NCBI RefSeq assembly: GCF_964204645.1
Contig: NC_134027.1
Coordinates: forward strand, 558,001-622,000
Direction of reading: 5' to 3'
DNA: 64,000 bases
Source of the DNA: Tubulanus polymorphus
Taxonomy: Eukaryota > Animalia > Nemertea
Part shown: positions 1 to 11,100 of the stretch, one piece after another
Layout of the letters: the number at the start of each line of letters is the position of its first letter
How positions within the stretch are numbered: the first letter of the stretch is position 1
Position numbers and translations under genes: made by a program
The notes under the pieces: generated by a model
Told to the model about the DNA's origin: nothing
Database searches by the model: none
The model's input: only the letters and a program-made list of their open reading frames with translations

Positions 1-354
1 AGGGTTCGTGTTGGCTTGAATCGGTGGGAGGCAATCAAACCCCGACAGGGATAACTCTTCGGCGGGGCGTGATCGCGTGAATAGCCCAAACTAAACCTTC
101 AGAGTTCACTGTACTACAGCATACAACATCTGATAACTTGCATAATAAAGCGCGGCGTGCATGAAAAGAATTGTATAAATGCGGGTAAGATTCCGTGCCG
201 GAGTGGAGGTATTCCATACACTGGTAGGTGAGTCGGAGCATAGACTGTTTGCCTGTCCCATAGACTGGTTGCCGGTCTCTACCTTCAGTTAGAGACCGGT
301 TGATCCCATCCTCCATTTTACATTTTCCATGCATGTCAAACATGTCAGTATCGA

Positions 355-382
355 GTTACTTCCGGGTTAAAATGGCGTCTCA
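355..382 (+). promoter_or_regulatory. ETS+YY1 composite motif typical of a Pol II start region
   Basis: TTACTTCCGGGTTAAAATGGCG. Retained as TTACTTCCTGGTTAAGATGGCG in the diverged paralogous block at ~40026 and present in copy B at ~44152. Confidence 0.4.
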
Positions 383-2635
383 TCGAATAAGCGAAACTAG
401 GAGTAATATCAAAATCGCGCTGGAATGATTGATTACAGTAAATCAGCTGATTATCTATGAATCATAAATGTAAACAGCAAACAAAAGGAAATTTAAAGAC
501 CGAAGAATAGGCATTAATTGCTGTAAGTATCGAAATAATCCGCTGATATTTACTCGGAATTCAAACTGACAACTGAATTGATACTTATTCATTTTGTAGG
601 TAAGAAAAAGGGCTCAGCTGCGATAGTCATTCTGAAGGAACTTGGCCGAAGGGGGACATGCTTTCTTTATAAACCGTATGTGAAATATATTCAGTGAATT
701 GTTTTGTTAATGATGTGAAAATCACTAAAGTCTGAATAAAGTTTACAATAGTTGAACTCCTTTGTCAGTGTTTTGCGAGATCAGATATTTGGATCCACTG
801 CAGCATCTTCACTTATATTCTCGATACAGACAATGAGTTGGGACAGACTTGGGTAAGACCAATAATTCAGATCATCTGGATATTCACAATATTTTCCTCT
901 CCTCATGGACCAACATGATTTTTGCTAGAAATTGAGTATAAAATCCATCAAGAAAAACTCTTTTTTACTGCCATTCTATATTTATTGTCCACTTCTAGTA
1001 CAAAATCTAATTCAATATAAAGACAGCCTGACAAGACGATACATATTTTGTGACATTGCAAATTGTGTGACAACAGAATGACTCTGATATCTCTAACATA
1101 ACTCGAATCACAAAGACCAAGTCTTGACCAGACAGTAGGTCTAAATCCATGCTCGCTCGTGTAGTTATTCATAAATTCCAGCTCTTTAAACCTCATCATC
1201 TCAGAATCAAGGAGTTTCATCGTTATTTGGAATCTAATTTCATGACGATTAGAGCTGGATTCGTTAATCTCTTTGATTCGTGATTGACGTTACTTTCTGA
1301 AATTGAATCAATACACATATCACCAACAATTAAACCTGGATTGACTTTTCAATTCATGTCCCATCCATTTTTCAAACTTACCATGATACAACGACAATTC
1401 ATTCTGTGCACGTTGAGCTCATTCAATTTAATATTGAGTTGTATCTCAGAAAATCTTCATCAGAACACACACAATGACCTACAAATAGACAATCAACAGA
1501 ATATTTATAAATAAGTATTCATTTACTGTTCACAAGTTTTAAAAGACATTGTCATTGAAGTGAAGTTACCTGTCGTATAATATTTTCACCACACTGTCAT
1601 TGGGGGTCACTGAAATTGACTGCTAATGTCCAGTGTCACATTCAGAATAATCAATCAATCATCTTAAGTGAACTGACAAATTGCCGGTGTCGTGGCCTCT
1701 GCTGCATGGCTGTTTCAGTTCAGTACGTCAGTCAGTGGAGATTGGTTTTTCCATCTCAAGTTCGTTGTTGTTGTCGATTGACGACAGTTCATTCGAGCAG
1801 GGTAGATTTTGACGGCGCTGTAACGGAGACATCTTGAATTGTATATCGATATTTTCGAAGCCACACGTAGTACAGGTGCCCGCAGAAAGGTTACCTGATA
1901 GTTTTGGTCGAGTTTCTTTCTTCATTGGTGTAAAAATCGACTTTTAAGCGGTCCATGGAACGTAAATCGAGACACTCTGGATGCGGCCATGTTACATTGT
2001 ACACGTGATGAAATACTGAAATCTGATTGGATCCGTACATTCCGTGGAAGATGGCGGACGGGTTAAACCTGTCCTATTCTGACTGCGAATGCAGGTGGCG
2101 CAGAATTGGACAGGCGACCAGTCTACCTGTCCCATAGACACCGGTAACCAGTCTAGCCACCTCACGATCAGTCTACATTGAAAAACCATTACTGAAATAT
2201 GGTTGACGGAAATATTCATTTTATATCAGATTCTGAAATATTTTCCCATATTGATTACAAAATTTTTTATTATCTTAATAAGATAAATCTGCAAAAGCTC
2301 AACAATTTGAATTAGTGAAAACCGATGTGCGAAGTCGTCAATTCAGTAGCCTGATAGAGCCCGGTAACCAGTCTAACTGTCAATGTTCATTGCGCGGGAA
2401 TGAACGGGCAACCAGTCTACGATGAAAAATCATTTCTGAAAAATTATGAACGGAGATATTCATTTTACTTTGAATTTTGAATTATCTTATAAAACTGACA
2501 GCCATATTAACCAAAGTATTAATAGTAAATCTGATAAAATCTAATACCGGTTTTAGAATAGGTGAAAACTGATTTATGTGATGCCGTCGGTTCAGAAGAC
2601 TGATCCGTAGAATCGTTCGCCACTTTCTTCCGGTC

Positions 2636-2790
2636 CACTTACTTCCGCGTTTGTGATTTGCATACAAGTAGTTTGAATGTTAAATGTATGAAGCCGCGTG
2701 TTGATTGGTTGAGGTCAGTGCGGTTTACTGAACGATGACCAGCTGTCAGCTGATCGAATCATTCGTTTCACAGACATTACGACGTAAGTA
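2636..2790 (+). promoter_or_regulatory. Candidate promoter and short non-coding first exon (copy B ~46432-46586)
   Basis: ETS-like ACTTCCG ~2641, octamer ATTTGCAT 2656-2663, reverse CCAAT (ATTGG) 2704-2708, Inr-like TCATTC 2759-2764, strong donor GAC|GTAAGT at 2784. The ATG exon begins with an acceptor at 5149, so an upstream exon is required. Confidence 0.5.
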
Positions 2791-3225
2791 TATTTTACAT
2801 CTTTGATCAAAAATTGTTGTGAAAAAACTCAAAACTAAGGCCTCTATAAATGATTGATTGACTTTAAATGATTACTTTAGCACAGCTCTTGTAGACAATG
2901 ATTAGGTGTCATAGTAGTTTAGCTCGAAAGTGCACATATAAGGTTAATTTTCATCCCTTATTTAGAGACTGAGGTATTGAGCGTCCATTTCAGCCCTTAA
3001 ACCATCATCAACCTACCTCAAACTGACTGTTTTTAATCCAGCAATAGTTACCTAACTATTGACTCATCATGGATTCGATTCAAAAACAATTTTTGATGAT
3101 CATAGTGATTCGAAACATTTGAATTTTTGAAAAACGCGAATGCTAAACGACGGATCCGGACTTCGATTGCGGCCCAATGGCAGAGTTGATTTTCTTATTT
3201 GGAATTTGATTATTTTTCTTATTTG

Positions 3226-4740
3226 GAGGTTAGATTGCTGTTTTTGGGTTAGATCGCTGTTTTTGTGTTAGATCGCTGTTTTTGGGTTAGATCACTGTTT
3301 TTGTGTTAGATCGCAGTTTTGTGTTAGATCGCTGTTTTAGGTTAGATCGCTGTTTTTAGGTTAGATCACAGTTTTTAGGTTACATTGCAGTATTTATGTT
3401 AGACCGCAGTTTTTTTTGTTAGATCGCAGTTTTTAAGTTAGATCGCTGTTTTGGGTTAGATCACAGTTTTTGTGTTAGATCGCTGTTTTTGTGTTAGATT
3501 GCTGTTTTGTGTTAGATCGCTGTTTTAGGTTAGATCACAGTTTTTAGGTTACATTGCAGTTTTTGGGTTAGACCGCAGTTTTTTTGTTAGATCGCAGTTT
3601 TTAAGTTAGATTGCTGTTTTGGGTTAGATCACAGTTTTTGTGTTAGATCGCTGTTTTTGGGTTAGATCACTGTTTTTGTGTTAGATAGCTGTTTTTAGGT
3701 TAGATTGCTGTTTTTGTGTTAGATCGCTGTTTTTGTGTTAGATCGCTGTTTTTGGGTTAGATCGCTGTTTTGGGTTAGATCACAGTTTTTGGGTTAGATC
3801 GCTGTTTTGGGTTAGATCACAGTTTTTGTGTTAGATCGCTGTTTTTGGGTTAAATTGCTGTTTTTGTGTTAGATCATTGTTTTTTGTGTTAGATCGCAGT
3901 TTTTAGGTTAGATCGCAGTTTTTGTGTTAGATCGCATTTTTGTGTTAGATCACTGGTTTTTTGTTAGATCGTAGTTTTTAGGTTAGATCGCTGTTTTGTG
4001 TTAGATCGCTGTATTTAGGTTAGATCGCAGTTTTTGTGTTAGATCACTGTTTTTGTGTAAGATATCAGTTTTTAGGTTAGATCCCAGTTTTTGAGTTAGA
4101 TCACCGTTTTGGGTTAGATCACAGTTTTTGTGTTCGATCGCAGTATTTAGGTTAAATTGCTGTTTTAAGGTTAGATCGCAGTTTTTTGTCTTAGATCGCA
4201 GTTTTTTGTTAGATTGCATTTTTTGGGTTAGACCACAGGTTTTAGGTTAGATCGCAGTTTTTAGGTTAGAACACTGTTTTTCTGTTAGATCGCAGTTTTT
4301 TGTTAGATCGCTGTTTTTAGGTTAGATCGCAGTTTTTGTGTTAGATCGCAGTTTTTAGGTTAGATCGCAATTTTTTGTGTAAGATCGCAGTTTTTTATGT
4401 CGCTGTTTTTGGGTTAGAAAGCTGTTTTTGTGTTAGATTGGTGTTTTTAGGTTAGATCACTATTTTTGTGTTAGATCGCTGTTTTTGTGTTAGATCGCTG
4501 TTTTTGGGTTAGATGGCTGTTTTTGAGTTAGATTGGTGTTTTTAGGTTAGATCACTATTTTTGTGTTAGATCGCTGTTTTTGTGTTAGATCGCTGTTTTT
4601 GGGTTAGATGGCTGTTTTTGTGTTAGATTGGTGTTTTTAGGTTAGATCACTATTTTTGTGTTAGATCGCTATTTTTGTGTTAGATCACTGTTTTTGGGTT
4701 AGCTCGCTGTTTTTGAGTTAGATCATGTTTTTGTGTTTTT
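3226..4740. repeat. 20-21-bp minisatellite GTTAGATCGCTGTTTTTG(G/T)
   Basis: About 70 visible tandem units. Confidence 0.97.
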
Positions 4741-4786
4741 GTCAATCATCATATCAAGATTTGCAATCCCAGTTGCCTTCACGTTT

Positions 4787-5081
4787 CATATAGAGAATTA
4801 GTGGATGTGGTGTCCCTGGACCCCTACATGCATCATATAGAGAATTAGTGGATGTGGTGTTCCTGGACCCCTACATGCATCATATAGAGAATTAGTGGAT
4901 GTGGTGTCCCTGGACCCCTACATGCACCATATAGAGAATTAGTGGATGTGGTGCTGGACCCCTACATGCATCATATAGAGAATTAGTGGATGTGGTGTCC
5001 CTGGACCCCTACATGCACCATATAGAGAATTAGTGGATGTGGTGTCCCTGGACCCCTACATGCACCATATAGAGAATTAGT
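4787..5081. repeat. 47-bp minisatellite, ~6 units
   Basis: Unit ATATAGAGAATTAGTGGATGTGGTGTCCCTGGACCCCTACATGCA(T/C)C. Confidence 0.97.
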
Positions 5082-5152
5082 TCACTGAACCAGAATAAGA
5101 CTGACTGATATATTTTCAAATGATTTAATATTTTTACTTGTTTTTCTAGAAT

Positions 5153-8100
5153 ATGCCAAAAGCTGTAAGAAAAACACGGGGCGCGGGCCCCTCACATTCG
5201 AGCCCGTATAATAAAGTAAGTACAAATTTACTGCTTCCATGCTTATTTATTCATCCCATACTTAGTATTTTGTACCCCTGGGTCCAGTTTCACAAAAAGG
5301 ATTAACGCCTAAATTGATTTAAGATAAACTGAATTAATGAAGAAATTAAATCGATTTAAGAGTTAAACCTGTTTGTGAAACTGGGCCCTGAATTGCATCT
5401 AGAATGAAAAAAAAGAAAAAAAAATATTGAAAATAACGTTGGTGAAATATTTCTGGATCTTTCTGGATTTCTGCTCAATGCATCGTTTAGTAAAATATCG
5501 ATATTCTCTAAAAGTAAAGATATAAGAATAAAAATATTGTATTGAATCGTGATTAGTTACTGTATGCGCTGCTAGTTGTTGCCCAACCCATAGCCTCATT
5601 TCTCTCCATTCTAAATTTGCATTGTTTAACATTGCCTGGTTGCTATGGAAACTATTTATTTAAGTTTCTTTGTGGTATCCATGGCAACAGTAACGTTTAG
5701 GTAGTGGCACCAATTATGGGTCCCAACGTTCCCATGGCGATACATGAGAACATTTATCCTATTTTTGACCTTCATGACGTAAGATGGTAGTGAGTCGATG
5801 ACGTCATTTTCGTCTCGCCACTAATGAAAAAAAAAAGAAATGAAAAAAAAGGAAAAAATCGTTAGAATTACGTTTATGAAATTTTTCTGGATCGGCTAAA
5901 TGTATTGTTCCATTAAATATCGACATTCTCTAAAATCATAGGCATCAATATCAAAATGATGATACAGCAGACTCCGCTTAACTCTGTTCTATTTGGACCA
6001 TTAATTAACCGAATACCGACTTTTTAAATTTTAGGATTTTAACTTTAAGGATCAGAAAATGTGTATGCAATATCAACCGGGTACCGAGTAGGGTGGCCGA
6101 GTCTACTGTAGTCTGCTGCCCCCTCGAATCCATTACCTTATTATCTCTCAATTTGCATTGTTTGACCTCGTCTGGTTGCTATGGAAACTATTAAGTTATA
6201 TCAGGAACGGTTTTTTCGTGGTAACCAGTGGCAACATTTAACAGGCGTGTCCGTCCTAGAGATAAACTGTCTGATTTCACAGCCACATCCGTCCTGGAGA
6301 TAAACTGTTAGATAAACTCTGATTTCGCGTCCGTCCTATTTCTTGTCATTGTATGAATATGTTTTCTCTTTTATAGAGAACTCAACAACAACAACAACAA
6401 CAGCAACAACAACAACAACAACAGCAGCAACAGCAACAAAAATTTGATATTTCTATGTCTGGGATTGACGTAAGTTATCGTAAACGCCTGTTTGAAGTCA
6501 TCATTCTTGAGCTTGAAACCGAAATTTATATATATAGAATATTAAACCCTGCTTCTGCTACTGACAGGTAATGTCCGTCATACATTACTGCATCGTCAAA
6601 TCTATACCAGGGTGCACCCAGCCTGATCGTTCGCATCATCACATGCAAAGGGCTGATTATTTTGGAACCCAGTTTTTATCAGCTGGAACATTCTGCACAT
6701 TCGACCATATTGATTGATAGCCCGTTATAGACGAGTGGAGAAAAACTGGAAAACCAGTTCAATGTTACCTCATGGTAAACATAAGGGAATTTCAATGAGT
6801 TTAACTCACATTTACAGAGTTTTAACGAGGTTAGACTGAATTAACCATTATTCCATCAATGGTGTGTTCTGTCCATCAAGGCTCCTCAGACGCACCGAGC
6901 AGTCAAATGCAGCAGTAGCGCGAGGGTCGGGTGTTCTCGTGTGGGCAGACGGTCCGAACCCCAAAACCATTTACTTACACTATACAAATCAGATCAGGTT
7001 TTTAACATTGTCTTTGATTGTATTTTCAGTTTCTGCCGACAACGCCGCCAAGCGGTACTTCTACGCCGGTAAGTGATAACTATTTTCTAATAAATCACGC
7101 TTATTTCAATTTGTAATTTGAAAATAGAGGGCAGTAGCTGTTTTGCATAAATTATGCTAATTAGGAATAAAATCAAATTCGATTAAGTCTCATCATCGTA
7201 GAAGTCATATATTAATGATGCTATCTCTACAGTTGTCATTTAAATTAAGTGTTATATTTACTACTTAATTTGCTTCATGACCCAAAAGCCTCTACTATAT
7301 AACTACTGGTTTTGTTCTAATCTTGGAGAATTTGCTGCAAAATTAACTTATCATTCGTTAATCAGTTTTTATCGAAAACCCGAATCAGTGATACATGCAT
7401 TCATGAATATCCATCTAATATTTTGTTTTATTTTATCTTTACAGGATTTATCACCGATACAGCACGTGGACGTAAGACATTAAACATTGATCTTGAATTT
7501 TAAGTTCAAACTAATTTATTTTTTATCTCACTCGGGACTATAGTTATTGCGTTCACTTTGCGTCCAGTTGTCTCGGCTAGTTTTTGATTTATCGTGTTGA
7601 TAATTGGTTTATATACTCAAACTACTCAAACTCAAAATATTGGCACAATTGGAATTAAGATGGCGGACTTGTATGACCATTTTTTTCCCCGGCAAAATCA
7701 GCGCTTTAGGATCAATTCTGTTGTTGTTATATTACATTGAAATCAGAGTTTAATATATATCAGTATAGAGCAGGTTTTTGCTCTAGTTATAAATAAAGTT
7801 ATAAATAATCTCATGACATGTTCTGTATATGTGTAGTGAGTTTCAATGTCTTTGGTTCCTTTTAAACCAGGGGGAGTTAAATTTGAAAATGTCAGATCGT
7901 CGAGCATTTCAGACCACTTCCAAAGTGGGTCCCTGCACCCCTAGTTATACCGTTAATATTTTAATAATACATTAATATTTTTATTTGATAGAATATATTG
8001 ATATACCATACATTGATATCGGTCTTGTAATTGGATCAACAACCATGAGATCAAAACACAGCAAATATGAACCTGCTGTGAATCAATAGATTTGTGATAA

Positions 8101-11100
8101 ATGTAATGAAATTGTTATTTTTCATATTGACTTTTTGAGTTAAGGGTCTGTTGTATAAGAGTATTTGGTCTCGCGTGTCAATGTATGATATCAATCTGTT
8201 GTATTTCCTCGTTCCAATGTTTAAAAGGTGTTCGTCACCTTATATTAATATCCTCCGTGTTTAAAAACCTGTGCGTATTACTTTTACCGTTAGATGGCGC
8301 CATAAGTGTGATATTTGATATATGGGATACCCGCAAAACCAGCTATTCCACCAGATGGCGCAACGAGTAGTAGGTCGTTCGTTGTCAAAATTAGTTCATT
8401 TTCGATGAACTTTGAACTGGTTTGAAGAAGAAATACTTTCATTCTTCTACTCTGATATCGGTTTAGTTTTCATTAATAATTGATTCATTTAAGAGAACAA
8501 TTCATTCAGATTTAATTGAAATGTACAAGAAAATCGAACGCAGACGACCAACTATTTACTAGCGACACCTGGTGGATCCTCGCCTGCCATAAGTGGAATC
8601 CTCGATTGCCACAGTAAGACTGCGGGTATCCCATTGTTTGGCGTGTGATAAAGTAAAGTTAGAAAACGAATGTTTAACTTTGTTGTGAAATGAAAGCGTT
8701 TTGGAGATTTTTAAACCGATCAAATCAATATTTTGATATTACGCTTGAAACCCTTCCCACTCATATTCTGCTTACTAAGTATATATTCTAGTTTCCGTGG
8801 AAATCATGGTGAGTGGCGCCATCTATACAGTGGAGTTAGCTTTATAAATCGAGTATGATTCGACAAGTGGCTCCATCTATTCCCTAATACTGAAGCGAGG
8901 TAACCAGCAGCGCCCTCATATACAGGAAATGAACGCCTATCAAGTTTAACAATGCACGGTGTATTGACCACAGCGACCGGTGATAATTATATCAATGTTG
9001 ATTAGCTATTGCCATAGACAGGTCCGTAGCGTTTGACTGGACCAGAACGGGGCCCCCTAACCAAAACAAATTTTGAAAACGTGCCCAGATAAATTGCCTC
9101 TGGGAGATTGATTAACGAGGTTTTGATTGAATGAACAAATTTTAATATTTGTAAGTTTAACATTTCTGTTTTTAATTTTTCTTTGTAAGGAACTGAATTT
9201 TCGAACCCCCCTGAACCGCTTCAAGCTACGTTCCTGATATAGTGCTAGCTATACCTGAATACTTTTCTCTTATTGAAATTGTCTAAAAAACCAGCACCTT
9301 GAACTAATGAACGTCATAATGAAAATGTTTAAAAATTCAACCGTTAACGAATTTGACTAATGTATCTTTTTTATTTTCATTTCTAGCGTCAGTTTGCCTC
9401 AGAGGCTGGGTCGCCGTCGCTTAATGTAAGTATCAGTGACGCCCTCAATCTCACATGCCTCACTTCCCTCCTAATGTAACCATTTTTATGAAATTCCTCA
9501 AGAAAATATATACTGATAATCTTAGAATACACGTTTTTGTACCCAGACCCCTTCATTCTACTGAACTACCGTGTAATCAGTACCTGTTGTGTTCATTTTC
9601 TGTTGCATTGATTTATATATTATTTCTATTTATAGTTGTCAAACAACAGCAGCAGCAGCAGCGCACCCCTCCCGCCGGAGACGCCTCCCGACCTGCAAGC
9701 AAGAAGTAAGTTCAGTCTTCAAATACAATTTCAACGCATTCAATTTTTTGTATGGCGTTAAAACGGTTAAAGTTGTGACTAGTTTTCATAACTCCGTGAC
9801 GTCAGGTGTGAGACAAAATACAATATCATATTTCCATCGAGTACCGGACCCTTTCCTATGTTTTTTGCCAATTTGGATTGAATGATCGCCAGCGGTTTTT
9901 CTATACGACCCGGCTCTGCTGTATTGCATTTAGCCATCCTTTTTCTTGGCGTTTTTTATAAGAAGGTGTTTGATTTTGTCTCTAAGGGATTTAGGAATTT
10001 AAGAGACACTTGTACTCTCTATGCAGTGAGTTTGTTCTGTTTTTGTTCCCTCGTGAATTTTATTTTTGTTTGAATCAAATCAAATCAGTGCATCTTTCTT
10101 GAATTGCGTGTATGTTATAATATTATGTAAGTTATAACGTTAAAATATCTGTTATATTTAAACCGAATATTTAATTGTTGTATTTTGAATGCGATAATGC
10201 CGCTCCCTGCTAAAGTCCAGCGTCGTCGTCGTGAGGGATGCGGTCATCTGTTCGGGCCCTGATTACGTTCTGTGTTCATCCTGTTTGGCTACATCGGGCG
10301 TTATATGAGTTAATCCTTCCTGGACTTGCGGATTGTGGTCGGAAGATCTATGGGTTCGGGCCGAGAAGTCCCAGAAACAGAAAGTACAGTTTCTGTCGAT
10401 GTACCGATTGATGTCTCTATTTCAGAAAGTAACAGCGGTCGCCAGCTGTACTAGCAAGGTTGGTTTCCCAACTCCATTCTCTGAGGAGGATCGCTGGTTC
10501 TCTAGTGCCGGTCAGTCACCAGTCAATCAATGGTTCAGCTGGCATCCCAGGGTACTGAACATCCAGTCCGGTCCGGTCCAGGCATCACTGGGAACTGTAC
10601 ATCCAGTCTGGTCCGGTCCAGGCATCACCGGGTACTGAACATCTGGTCCGGTCCGGCAGCTTTGAGCACCAGTCCATTCCAGACATCACTGGGTACTGAA
10701 CATCCAGTCCGGTCCGGTCCAGGCATCACCGGGTACTGAACATCCAGTCCGGTCCGGTCCAGGCATCACTGGGAACTGTACATCCAGTCCGGTCCGGTCC
10801 AGGCATCACTGGCAACTGTACATCCAGTCCGGTCCGGTCCAGGCATCACTGGGTACTGAACATCTGGTCCGGTCCGGCAGCTTCGAGCACCAGTCCATTC
10901 CAGGCATCACCTGGTACTGAACATCCAGTCCGGTCCGGTCCAGGCATCACTGGGAACTGTACATCCAGTCCGGTCCGGTCCAGGCATCACTGGGAACTGT
11001 ACATCCAGTCCGGTCCGGTCCAGGCATCACTGGGAACTGTACATCCAGTCTGGTCCGGTCCAGGCATCACCGGGTACTGAACATCCAGTCCCGTCCGGTC

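Noticed and set aside
585-606. TTTTGTAG|GTAAG possible recursive splice site
   Set aside because: Single motif, not retained in the diverged paralog, and no long-intron context.
2672-2677. TTTGAA CHR cell-cycle promoter element
   Set aside because: A hexamer expected often by chance in AT-rich DNA.
7030-7068. Fbw7/Cdc4 phosphodegron in LPTTPPSG
   Set aside because: Lacks the +4 Ser/Thr/acidic residue. Resemblance only.
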